Assembly (NCBI GenBank): GCA_043228905.1
Contig: JBHGNT010000016.1
Location: 4,712,001 to 4,776,000 of the forward strand
Reading direction: 5' to 3'
DNA from: Azolla caroliniana
Taxonomy: Eukaryota; Plantae; Polypodiophyta
Length of the DNA: 64,000 nucleotides
The first letter of the stretch is position 1. Every line of letters begins with the position of its first letter. The notes below the pieces were generated by a model. It worked only from the letters and a program-made list of their open reading frames with translations, ran no database searches and had not been told where the DNA came from. Positions 27,401 through 38,984 of the stretch are shown piece by piece. The translations under genes were made by a program, and so were the position numbers.

Positions 27401-30400
27401 GGGATGGTTTTCTTCACGACATCCGCCCCCACCTTACTGCGCATCCACCGGTATGCGCCAAAATTGGGTTCTGGTTGGAGAAAACCGGTCCGGGTTCCGG
27501 TTCCTCATCCATCGGTTCGTCCTCCGTTTCGGACTGTTCGTCGTCGCTATCCGGGCCTCTTAGATCCGGTTCGCCGTCGTGGCGCTTCTTGAACGCTTTG
27601 ATCCGCTTCCCTGTTACCGGTATCGCCATCCTCGTACCGTTGAGTTCCGCCAGATGATACGTCCCGTTGTCGTTGGCGCTCGTTACCACGTAAGGCCCGA
27701 ACCACCACTTTGCAAACTTCCGTGTTGCCCGGTGCTGGTTGTCGAGGCTGTTGTCGTAGACTAGCACCCAGTCGCCTTCCTCGATTTTCTTTGGTTGGAG
27801 CCGGTACGTTCGGTCGAACCGGGCTTTGTTCCTCATCCTCGCCGTCCGAAGTCTCTCCGCCGCTCGTTCCACGTCCTCTGGCCTCCGCTCGAGCTGCCGT
27901 ATATGCGCCCCTAGCAGTTCTTCCCGGCTCATCTCGTCTCTCTAGTCCACTGTCGCCCAAGAGGAGATCGTCCGTTCCATCGGCATGATCGGCTTCTGTC
28001 CGAACATGAGCTCTGACGGCATGAACCCGGTTACCGAACTGTGCGTTGTCCGGTCCGCCCACAAGGCATAAGGTAACAGTCATGGCCAGTTCCCGACCTG
28101 GCCTCCGCACGCCCGGACTAGCGCTTTGATGATCGGTCCGTGTCCACGCTCCACCTTCCCGTTCGCCTCCGGATTGTACGTTGTGGTGAGCAAGAGCTTG
28201 ACCCCTAACCGGTCGAACAGCTCGTCAGCCTCTTCGGCGTCCAACTCCCCGCGGTCAGCCACGATCTTCCCGACGCACCCGTACCGGCATATCACGTCCT
28301 CGATCAAGAACCGACACACGGCCGCGGTCGTTTTGTTCTGCAGGGCTCGGCCTTCCACCTGGTTCGTCAGGTCCTCCCGGGCCAGCACCAGATATCGCAT
28401 CTGCCCTACGCTCATCGGCATCGTCACCAAATCTACCATCCATTTGAAGTGGATGGACAGAGGGTATGTAGGGTGAAGCTCGTCCTGATGTCGAACTATG
28501 GAGTGTATCTGACAGCTCTCACAAGTTGTCACGAACCGATGCACGTCCCGGTACAGTCCCGGCCACCAGTACTTCCCCTTTAGTTTCTCGAACATGGCCC
28601 ACGTCCCACGGTGTCCAGCCCAGGGGCTGTCGTGGTAGGCCTTCAGCAACTCCTCCTGTTCCTCCTCCATCCCCACTACTCGGAGCAGGATGTCGTTTCT
28701 CTTCTTCGGGTGCTTCCACAAGTATCCGTCCCGAAGAAAGAATTGGTATGCTTTCTTCCGGATCCGGTTGGCCTCATTCTTTGTCCATGACGCGTCCGGC
28801 GTCATCGTCCTCAAGAATCCCCCAATCTGCAGCCACTCCCCGTCGTACTTGCTCTCGCTGAAATCGTTAAGCGCTGGAGTGCTCCCCCCCCTTGGTTGTC
28901 ACGTAAGCCGCCTCGAAGAAGTCTACGCCGACTTCCTCGTCCATCGAAACCATGCCGCCCTCATTGTTGAATCGCGCCCTCAAAAGCATGTCGGCCATGG
29001 CATTGTCTTTCCCGGAAATGTGTCGTATTTCCGGATCTAGGGACTTGATGTACGCTATCCACCTGAGCATTGCCAGGTCCGGGGTTGCGCATCCGGAAAC
29101 CATGCCGAGAATCGGCAGGCAGTCCGTCTCGATAATCACCTCTGTCCCAATCAGATAGTCTTTATCGGCCTTCACCGCCAAAACGATACCCCAGAGTTCG
29201 CGTTTAACCTGGGCGTATCCTCGTTGTCACTCGCTGAGGACCTTTGCGCCGAACCGGATTGGGAACCGAGTGCCGTCCTCATCTTCTTGGTTGACGACCC
29301 ATCCGATCCCGGTCGGACTTGTATCTACCGTTATGTAGATGGGAGTGCCTTTCTCGTAGACAACCTTCCGGAGTGTCGGAGCTGCAGCAAGAGCCTCCTT
29401 CATATTTCGGACCGACTCCGTATGCTCGTCTCGCCACTCGAATCTTCGCCCCTTTTTCAGCAACCCGTATAGCGGCTCGGCAACGTGGGCGTAATGCGGG
29501 ATCCATATGTGGTAGAACACGCATGCTCCCAAGAACCTCCGTACCTCCGTGACCGAGTTACAGTCGGGCTTCATTGCAGAGATGGCTTCCACCTTAGCCG
29601 GAGACGGTTTCCGGCCATACGGTCCGCATAGATGTCCGACAACCAAGATCTCTGATTGCCCGAAGGCCGATTTCTCCCCGGAGAAGGTGAGCCTCGCGTC
29701 CTCTAGCCTCTGCAGCACCCACTCGCAGTGGTCAATGTGTGTCGCCACGAATTTCCGGCATCCGTCCGGTCCGATCGTTTCGTCCTTTTCCTCCACCGGA
29801 CATCCCTTGATCGGGATGTCGTCCAAGAATGGCATGGTGATGTCCGGGATACAATCCCTCAGCACCTTGTTCATCGCATTCACCATGTGGGCCACCGAGT
29901 TCGTCCCTCCTTGTGGCAGGGTACACATCCGCACTAGGCCGAGAGGAGTCCGCATCGTCGTAATGTCTCTGCTCTCCACGGCTAGTTGGAATTGATCGTA
30001 CCCCGAGTACAGATCACCGACCGAGTAGATCGACCTTCCGGCGAAGGCCTCCGCGAACTCGTCTATCGTTGGTCCGATTCCTGCGTTCCGAATGGTCACT
30101 CTGTTGACCGGTTGCAGGTCTTGAATGAAGTGCAACGTCCCGTTCTTCTTCGGTACAGTAAACCACCGGTTCGAGTACGAGGCACTCGACGGTTCGAGGA
30201 TGCCCATATCGACTTTCTGCCTCAACAGCTCCATCAGCTCCGGGATGTGAGCTCTCGGTACCGGAATTGGTTTGAGATTCCACGGCACATGCGATACCGT
30301 GAATATCACCATCGGCTTCACAACTGTTGGGTCTACGCACCCGATCTCTTCCGGTGAGAATGTGAAGGCTTTCTCGTGCCTTCCGAGCATTGTCCGAAAC

Positions 30401-30949
30401 CGGTCTTCTTCCGCCGGTAGTAGGAACCCACCCCCACCGATTTTGAGCTCCCGTAGCGTTCTGTCGGTGAAGGTGTGTCCTATGCAGGCCGGATCTCGTA
30501 AACTAGGGTCCGACGCGACCCCCTTGATTCGCAACTCTCTGCCCTCCGGTAAGGGTGCCGCGACTGGCCTTACCTTCCGGTCCACAGTCTTGTACTTCGT
30601 GTTAACCCGGGCCGTCCGATCCGACTCGAGCCCTCGATTGAAGTCTGCGATGACTTCGTACATCTCTTCTAAACAAACCGGTATCGTCCGGTCCTCTTTA
30701 AAGCCCTCTCTGACCACCTCTCGCAGTATTCCCAAGGTATCGTCGAAGGAGACCGCCTCCACGGCTCCGTTGTTTTCCTCACTGGGCCCGAGAACTCCGC
30801 ACGCCCGAAGTCGCTCTTCCGCCCTTGTCTTCTCTCAGCCAATGACGCCAACTATCGTACACCCTCCGTTGTCGGAGAAACAAAACTTCCTACTTATGGT
30901 ACAAGGTTTCTTCGGTTTCACCTCTATCGTACATTTGTGGGGTTTTCCC

Positions 30950-31002
30950 GGAGTGTCTGGACTATCGCAGCCCCACGCCTTGACAGCCCTCTCTAAAAAT
31001 CC
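30950..31002 (-). promoter_or_regulatory. Putative -1 programmed ribosomal frameshift signal (G_GAU_UUU, 6-nt spacer, stem/pseudoknot)
   Basis: Gag-PR frame ends GAG GAT TTT TAG; the -1 frame is the RT frame; stem GGGCTGTC/GATAGTCC starts 6 nt after the heptamer. Confidence 0.7.
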
Positions 31003-33132
31003 TCTCGGTTCTCGCCACCGAGGGACTCGTGATTTCGCTCGTGGTTCGGTCGCACCGTCAGGAACTAGACAGAATGACCCCCGTCCTGACTCTTGACACT
31101 CGCATAAGCCGACCTGCTGTCCAGCACCTTGGTCTCCATCCGTGTTGCCGTAACGTACGGTTCTCCCAGTATGACCGGGTGCGAGGACGTCTCCTACACA
31201 AAGAAGTGCTGGTCTATCTCGACGTCGCCGATCTTGACTCGCACGTTTGGGCAGGCCCTGTGTAGTTCCTCGGTGGCGCGCGTCGCCGCCCGTATCTTCC
31301 ACCCATGCTTGGTGTTGACCGGCCATTTCCCCTTCTTGTAGAAGTCCATGGACATCAGGTTTATTTCCGAACCGTGGTCCACCAACGCCACCACCGGTTC
31401 CTGAACATCTTCGATCTTCACCGGGGTTTCCGTGGTCGCTCGGGCCCAGTGTGGCCTCGAATAGTGGCTCTCCGCCCACTCGTCTTCCAGCGCCATGTCC
31501 TCTATGTGCGTCGTCCGCACCTCCACCGGCCTTTCCGGTTCTGTCTCCGTCGACAGCCTCTTCCTCTTCACCAAGTCTACGATGGAGTCGTGGAACTCCT
31601 TCTTGGCGATTCCTAGCACCTCCCACAATGACAGTTCCACCTTGCTGCCGAGGATTCGTTCTTCCAGGACCTTTCGTAGGTCCGTGGTCCTTTCGATCTC
31701 CGTGCCCAACCGGTATCCGCCCTTCTTGTGGTTATCCCGGGCACTGGTCTCACCGGCCTCGTTCTGTTTCGGCCCGAATCGGGTTTCGTATCTCTGTGAG
31801 GGTCCGGCCCCTCCGGTTTTACCTACCCGTTTGTCTTCAACCAGAGCCTCGTAGTTCTGGCAAGCTGCTTCGACGAAACCCGTCTTTTCTTCGACCGGGT
31901 CACTCCACCCGGTTACCTCCTGGACCCGCTTCTCCGCGCGGTCCGCCTCGTCTTTCCTTAGTCGGGCACCGGCAAGGCCTTCCAACATCGTCGGCCAGAA
32001 CCCAGCTTTGCTCTCCTTCTGGGCCTCGCTGCCTCTGACCCGAATACCGGCTGACGCCGAGTAGTGGACGGTCTCCGCGTGCCGGGCCGCCGCCTCTTCC
32101 ATCAGCCTTTTCATTCCTCCTCGCCCGTCGTTTCGGTTTAGGGCCCTCCGGGTATCGCTGGCGTGCACCCGACCTTCCCACAGGTACACTACCCAGCTTC
32201 TCAAGGCCTCAGCAAAGTCCCCGCAGTCTTTCCGGATGTGGCCAACCTCGTCGCACCACATGCACCTATTTCCTACTGAAGGCCGTCGGTCACGAGCCTG
32301 TTCGTCGCCTTCCCTCCGAGCCTGGGCGATCTGGAGATCCTTTACCGCCCGTGTCAACTCCTCCAACGATATTCCCCCGGACGAGCCTCTGACCACGCTG
32401 GTCGAAGCCGAACTGGTTTCGAGCCACTCCCGGGTCTCTTCCCTTCGCGCCTGTGGTATCGGTTCGAGCTTCCTTGCTGCGACAGGACCCGCCCCTGTAT
32501 CAGCCCACTCCCACCGTTTGTCAAAACGGCCGCAGACTCTTTTTACCGCGGCCCAGTCGGCCGTCAGCCCGTCTTCGGTTTCCAGTAAGGAGCCCACTTG
32601 CTCTCAATCCCGTGCGTCAACCGATTTGACAAACAGTAGGACACGACTTGTGTCCAGAACGGTTCGATCGAGCGCCGAAAGGCTCGCAAAGCGTTCCTCA
32701 AACTCCCGGAGGAGTACCGACGCATTTCTTCCTTTGTTGGGGGACTCCACCCACTCCATGAAGCCCCGCTTCGAAAGCCGAAGCGCGTCATCCAGCCTGT
32801 ATTTCTCCAGGAGCCGTACTTCGAACTCCTCCCAGGTCCGGCTCTCCTCCCGAACCTCGAGCACCTCCGCATGGATGCCCGACATCGCCACTCGAGGGAA
32901 TCCGACAAGACGCCTCTCTTCCAAAATATCCCTCATCAACATCTCCGCCCGGTAGGACACCAAATAACTCATGGCATCCTTTCCACTGAACCGGCCGATC
33001 GTACCGACGATCGCCTCAATAGCCCTGTCATGGGCGCCGGTGCCCTCGCGCGCGCTCACTATCCGGTCCACGGCCGAAGCCATGGCCTCTGCAAGATCTG
33101 ACCCCCTCATCTTCTGCTCCTTTTCCGCCTTG

Positions 33133-33150
33133 TTCACGTCGGGTTCACCA
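33133..33150 (-). promoter_or_regulatory. Primer-binding site complementary to the 3' end of plant cytosolic tRNA-Trp
   Basis: Plus strand reads TTCACGTCGGGTTCACCA, matching the tRNA-Trp(CCA) 3' end as recalled; lies 4 nt inside the 5' LTR boundary. Confidence 0.8.
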
Positions 33151-35215
33151 AAGATGTCGCGTTACTACGCGCGTGCGTGGAGAAACGAGGCGGGACCACC
33201 GGGGTCTTGAACCAAAGAGCAGGTGATAGAAGGGGAAAGAGAAAAAGAGAGACGCTCGGTTACGTATGAGCAAAGAAACACAGGGACACGACCCTTTCAA
33301 TGCAGAAGACACGAATGGACACAGAGACAGAGAGACACAAATGTTTGTATATTAATGAATGACAAATAAACAACAGAGCACGCGAGCGGTTACAACCGAA
33401 CAGGCCCGCGAACAGATGTCGATGCCTGCTCGTTTGCGCACGAAAGGGGATAGGATTGAGGTGCTGCCGGAAGCACACGGGCGTTCCTCGAAGCAGCACG
33501 AGCCTCCCGAAAACCTATAGAGAAGAGCGATGGAGAACGAACAGAGGAGAAGCGTTCGGTTACCGTCCGACAACACTTCGTCCTCCTCAATAAATAGTGC
33601 CCCCCTTCTCCCCGCGTCTCCCTCTCTTTTATAGCTTCAAGAAGGGAGTCGTTTCCCTCATTAACTTCCTACCTACTGAATCTAACTACCTAGGATATAC
33701 CTTTGTACCTAATTCTCTATTATATACATTAAAGGGCGCGCACGCGTGAACAGCCGGTTCACGCGCGCTATGCACCGATTACGCTAAGGGACGGTTTTCT
33801 TCACGACACCGGTTACTGATTGGACCCGGCTAACCGGCTCCCCATCTCACCAGCTCTATTGCTTGCCGGCTTACCGATCCGTCTCGCTTGCCGGCTCAGG
33901 CTTATTCAGCCGATCCAGCTCCAGTTGAGCTTGCCGCTTCAACACAAATGATGTAGTGCTTTTTGCAAATACTTTAGGAGATGCACAAAAGCTTATGAAA
34001 TCATTGGAAAAATTTTGCATGCATACTAAATTAAGTGTCAATAGCTCTAAAACAAAGATTATGCTTGTGAAGAGCCAAAAAAGAGATAAATCATGCATTA
34101 TGTACAACAATGAGCCACTTGAATGTGTGGAAAGCTTCAAACATCTTGGCCTTGAAGTTCGTTCAAATCATAGATGGAGTGAATGTGTTATACGAAGCTT
34201 AGAGGTGGGCAAGCGAGCATACTATGCATTTGAGAACACATGCAATCTTGGAGATATTAAGTGTTGGGTCCTCAAGCAATATCTTTTCGACACTTTGGTG
34301 ACACTGGTTCTTCTCTGTGGGGTGGAAGTATGGGGTGGTAGCATCCCTAAATCTATGTGGAAAGAGTTTGAAAATGTCCAAAAACATTTTCTTACAAAGT
34401 TTCTACAAGTTAAGAAACAAACAGCCTACACCCTCCTCCTCCTTGAGATGGGATCGCTTCCCATTGAGATCATGGTCATGGAAAGGGTTGTTGAATACAT
34501 GCTTAATGTTCAAAAAAGTCCCTCACATCGACTTCCTAGAATTGCATGGGAAGCAAGCAAAAAGATCCAAAAGACGCATAAAAGTAAAATTCTGTGTTCC
34601 GATTGGATGCAAGATATAGAAAAATGGTTTGGTAGATGGGATGCAAGACACTTGCTTCATAATGCATCACTAGATTCATCTGTAAATAAGGCCTTTTTGC
34701 AACGCCAATGTATCATGACATGGGACAAATGTGGAGGCTCACGCTTCACACATTATATTGCACATGTTGCACCTAACCACAAAACCATATTATTTGAGGA
34801 ACGGGAAACCGTACACATCGATACATGTTAGGGCCCATACCGTTATTTGCCATTCGAACCATTGATTCCATGCGACTTAGCACACATGCATTGCGATGTG
34901 AGATTTGGCGTTGGGTTACAACTGATGAGAGTGGTCGGTTATGCACACTTTACCCTAAACAAGTTCGCGAGTCTGAGTATTACACTTTGATACAATGCTT
35001 TGCCTTTGATCATATTCAACCATGCTTTCCACATCTCTTCGACCGAGCCCAATCCTTGCATGAATTCCTCTCACAACCACAATGTGCACTCTTGATTGCA
35101 ACATTCATTGGTAAAGTTCTTGAACATCGAGAGTCACTACTCACTTTCACACGTATCACGTGAAATGTAATATGTTTGGTCTCATAGGTCATATTTGACC
35201 TCCGAAGACGATAAT

Positions 35216-35253
<38 letters not shown>

Positions 35254-35732
35254 CTTTCACCTAGCTCTGTTTTGCTCTACTCTATCTGTATGTGACACCA
35301 TCCTTATGCAACCTTGGAATCTATTTGAAATGCCATGAATCTTATATTGAGGTTTCAACAATGCAGACATGCTCTTGACCAAGGGATTGTTGTAAATATA
35401 TGATATAAGTGGTATAAAAACTATGAATCAATTACATTATTGACTTAAATTTTCTTTGATTTCATGAATGAAAAATAAACTTCTGAATGTGAACAAAAGT
35501 CACTAATGCAAATGTATTAAACATTTGCATGGTTTTTTCAATATACCAATGAGGACAAAGCAACACATTTTCTCTAAATATTATAATATTCATGAATGTA
35601 ATAAAAAGGAAAATAATTTGATGGCATCTAAAAACTAAATGTAATTAGATGACAAGGCTATTTTTGCAAAATTACATATCTAGGATCACATAATTGTATT
35701 AAAAAAGAAATTTCCTCGTGATTGAGATATGA

Positions 35733-36083
35733 TCAAGTGGAGCGACGAGGTACGAAGAGGATGAGACAAGTGCCAACTATGGAAACGATGGCTCCTAGCC
35801 AATCATAGAGATCGGGCTTTCTCCCATCAACTGCCCACCCCCAAAAGAGGGCTAGGATGACGAAGAAGGATCCATAGGCTGCGTAACTCCGACCGAAGTC
35901 TTGGCGTTGGAAAGTGGCAATTACACCATAGGCCACTAGCACAAGGCTCCCTAATGCCAACCACACCCACAAGCCCCCCTCACGCCTCCATCGCCAAATA
36001 AGCCATCCACCACTTACCTCGCACACGCCAGCAGCTACTAGTAGGAACAATGCAACCACCGCCTCTGTGGCTGTATACTTCAT
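35733..36083 (-). CDS. ynfA: YnfA/UPF0060-family small 4-TM membrane protein (SMR/DMT superfamily), intronless, 116 aa from the ATG
   Basis: AAGVCEVSGGWLIWRW, YGVIATFQ..DFGRSYAAYGSFF, WGWAVDGRKPDLYDWLGA are family hallmark motifs; four hydrophobic segments; intact ORF; TATA-like CATATAATAA ~140 bp upstream. Confidence 0.88.
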   Translation of the reverse strand: MKYTATEAVVALFLLVAAGVCEVSGGWLIWRWRREGGLWVWLALGSLVLVAYGVIATFQRQDFGRSYAAYGSFFVILALFWGWAVDGRKPDLYDWLGAIVSIVGTCLILFVPRRST

Positions 36084-36113
36084 ATCACTCACTTTGAGTA
36101 AGAGATAGTGTAT

Positions 36114-36145
<32 letters not shown>

Positions 36146-37769
36146 GTTTGGGTATGTGTGAGATGTGTGGAATATGAAATATTGCTAAAATAAGTGTGTT
36201 GATTGTGTGCTCTAAGTGTTATTATATGAGCAAAGATCCTCTAGATTGTGCACCTCTTGAAGCAACAGTAATACAGAGACAAGAGATTTGGATGCTACTG
36301 CTTGAGAGAACATGCAAATATATAAACACTTTGTGAAAGGTGAGCTCCCAATTCTATTAGAAATTTGTGTCACATTCTATGCGTGAGAGACAAAAAGAGG
36401 TTTAAATGATACTAGACAAGAGATCAAAATCTCGAAGAATATGGCACTAAGCCATCTAATGTGTTATTCTTGATAGAATATCCTAGTGGGACAATTTTCT
36501 TCATTCGGCAACATTATGCTTTTGCATTTGGTTGCTTTGGCTGTAAAATGAAAGGAAAATAACAAAAGCAGTAAAGAGAAATAGAATATGTAGTACTGCC
36601 ATCTTGAATAAAGCGAATCTTACCATCCATGAGTGACATTTCTTGTGAGTGATCTTGAGGAAATATAAGAAACTAGGAGGGAAATGAGTATTTTTCCATT
36701 AAACTTTGGTATAAGATAAGATGTGATTTTGGTTAGACATGCTTTCATGTTTGTTGTTTTTTGTGCACAATAAGAATCAAGAGAATAAGAAAGTATGCAT
36801 TTTTTGCGTCCCCTAGGAAATAAAATTGATCTTTTATGCATGTACATGTGAGACATTTTAAGTGGTATATGAGCTCAAGAAAAATACATCATGTCTTGAG
36901 CATATGAGAAGGAAGTGAGGGTCATCCTCCACTAAGTTCTCATCGCATATCTCAAAAGGTACAAAAGACAACTATAATCCTCTCTATGCAAAAGAAGATC
37001 CCTTTCAAGTTCAATTTTGAGGCCATAAAAATAAGCAGGTGTTGTCAATTATAAATTTGTTGTGTTGAAAATATATGTTAAGTTTTGCTTAATTTATAAA
37101 GAGTCTTTGTTGTGATGACCTTTAACCAATGGCCAACATTAAGTGTCTTATACACCAACATTCCTACACAATAATTAACTACTTTTGAATAAGTAATTTT
37201 ATTTTGTTAGCTTTAACCTTTAATAACAATGAGTTCATCTCCTAAAGAAAGCATACATGTTCACATGCTTAATTAGAGCTTCTATGAAAGCAAAATTTAA
37301 TTATTTTGACATAGTTGTCACCCAATATGTTTTTACATATATGCATTTTTAATTGAGATCGCCTTACCTGCCTTGATTGTAAATACAAGAATGTTAAGCT
37401 AAACCAAAAACAAACCCCTTTGATTTCTATTCTCTTTTTTCACATATATTAAACATATTAATGTAGCAATTTACAAGATATTATGTAGAAACATACATAT
37501 TTGGAAACTCTCGAAATAGTTAATGTTGAATTGAGCTAATCTATAAAATATCCTTCCCCTCCTTTCTTTTCTACTCAAGTGCTCGACATGTGCATGCTTA
37601 CACCTATAGAAAAATCTCAATATGTTTTGTTGATCTTGTTCTTAATGGTTATGATGTTTCAAATAATGTCATTTTTATATAAACCAGTTGGTTAGCATTC
37701 ACTTTTAGAAAACAATGGAACAATCCTTTCATTGAAGATAGATTATTAGATGATCTTTTTGGTTAAGGT

Positions 37770-38880
37770 ACATATTTAGAGCTTTCCATAATTTCAAGTG
37801 GCTTGTTAATGTACATAATGCATGGTTTATCCTTATTTTGTTTCTTTTCACAAGCATAGTCTTCATGTCGGAGCTAGTAACACTCAACTTAACATGCATG
37901 CAAAAACTCTTCCAATGCCCTCACAAGCTTGTGTCTCTCCTAATGTATTTGCAAAAAACACATGTCATCTATGTAGAACAAAATCGTGAAGATTGTAATC
38001 TCGATGTCAACTTCTTTAATATTGATTCACAAATTTGATAACCATTTGTTCTAATTCATCAATGCATTGACTAAATATAGTAGGTGATCAAAGTGGGCAT
38101 CCTTTTGCCTATGCATGCACAATATATAACCTTCTCATAGATTTAGACAATTGCAAGCATATATTCACTTGGTATCCTAACTTCTTCCATGCACCTCGTG
38201 AGCATTTGTAAGCATATATTCACTTGGTATCCCAAGTTCTTCCATGCACCTCAAAGATGCTCATGAGGTACCATATCAAAAACTTTAATGAAGCAACAAT
38301 ATAAGCTCTTATGAAGTACACTAGAAAACAATAATCACTCTTAACTCTTAAGCAACTTTCTTCCATTAGTTTAACGCCCATAATGAGGTCAATATTAACC
38401 ATGGAAACCTAAGTACACAAGTTTTATTAATGTGTCTCCTTCCTAAGGAGGGAAAACCAAATATGTAAATATAATTTGTTGATCATGGGGCTTAAACCCA
38501 TGACCAAATGTTGAGAGCCTTGTGATCTACCAATCGAGCAGGGTCAACTAAAGAATATATTTTCGAGAGCCGACTTATCTCTAAATTTACTCACCTTTTT
38601 TCAACCCATGCATTTATCTTTGATTCTATTATACACCCAAATAGTTTTGTCATAAATGAGCTAACCATGATTTCCCAATAGTTGTTAATATTATGTACAT
38701 TTCCACCTTAACATAAAAGGTTAGATCAAATTTGAACTCCAAATGTAAGGTATGCCATGTTGTAATGCATGATTACATATGTCACTTATCCATGCATATA
38801 CTACCTTTCATAGCCATTTGAGCATTTCAACCTTTATATAATAAATATCTCCTGCATTTCAGGAGACCAATTTCTTAAGC
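37770..38880 (-). mobile_element. Highly decayed LINE RT fragment, same family as the 18.5-35.2 kb LINE
   Basis: Reverse-complement similarity to the LINE RT region (ggatgcccac, gaatatatgcttgcaatt, ttgatatggtacctcatgagcatctttg). Confidence 0.6.
38476..38548 (-). pseudogene. tRNA-Lys(CUU)-derived pseudogene or SINE head
   Basis: Minus strand GTTGACCCTGCTCGATTGGTAGATCACAAGGCTCTCAACATTTGGTCATGGGTTTAAGCCCCATGATCAAC resembles plant tRNA-Lys (CAAGGCTCTTAACCTTGTGGTCGTGGGTTCGAGCCCCACG). Acceptor and T stems largely pair; B box and anticodon are mutated. Confidence 0.6.
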
Positions 38881-38984
38881 CCTATGCATACATTTTCAAT
38901 CCTAAAGAAGAAAGGCACATGTGAGAGAGAACCATAACGCATCATCTTTTGGGATTTGAGAGGAGTGGTAGGCGTGAAAGGTGA

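Larger units (their letters stand above)
26768..33808 (-). mobile_element. Ty3/gypsy element E, full-length, decayed, tRNA-Trp primed
   Basis: 654-bp LTRs at 26768-27421 and 33155-33808; PBS 33133-33150; gag CMWCDEVGHIRKDC, PR LVDHGSEIN, RT DLYSGYDQ/PFLDD, RNase H TVDTSPTG, IN H-H-C-C plus WMVDL...DRGE...EANGKVER; apparent 4-bp TSD CTAG/CCGG. Confidence 0.93.
21537..33944 (-). mobile_element. Ty1/copia element D (same family as B and G); internal RT deletion; 5' LTR split by gypsy E
   Basis: 3' LTR 21537-21936; 5' LTR 26499-26767 plus 33809-33944; TSD CAAAT; PBS TGGTATCAGAGC (26487-26498); PPT 21937-21948; gag/PR/IN/RT/RH fragments. Confidence 0.93.
18515..35250 (+). mobile_element. Near full-length decayed LINE (coiled-coil ORF1, APE endonuclease, RT, C-terminal Cys motif), interrupted by a solo LTR and copia D
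   Basis: APE motifs (LVET, GCYIP, GEMNA, VIDY, ESDH) at 19011-19867; RT NNYRTI, FVDFKKAFD, VKQGCPLSPTLF, LLYAN|DVVLF split at 21536/33945; ORF continues 33956-35163; (CT)n on both sides. Confidence 0.88.
16540..35297 (+). mobile_element. Truncated Ty3/gypsy chromovirus: RNase H end, integrase and chromodomain 16540-18133, PPT, 3' LTR ~18145-35297 split by a LINE
   Basis: ISMDFIIDLP...VDRFTKMAHF...HPQTDGQTERVNQ integrase; EYEVDKILDS...QYLILWKGYP..ATWE chromodomain; PPT GGGAGGATAG; LTR resumes after (CT)n at 35251 and ends TGTGACA at 35297. Confidence 0.82.
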
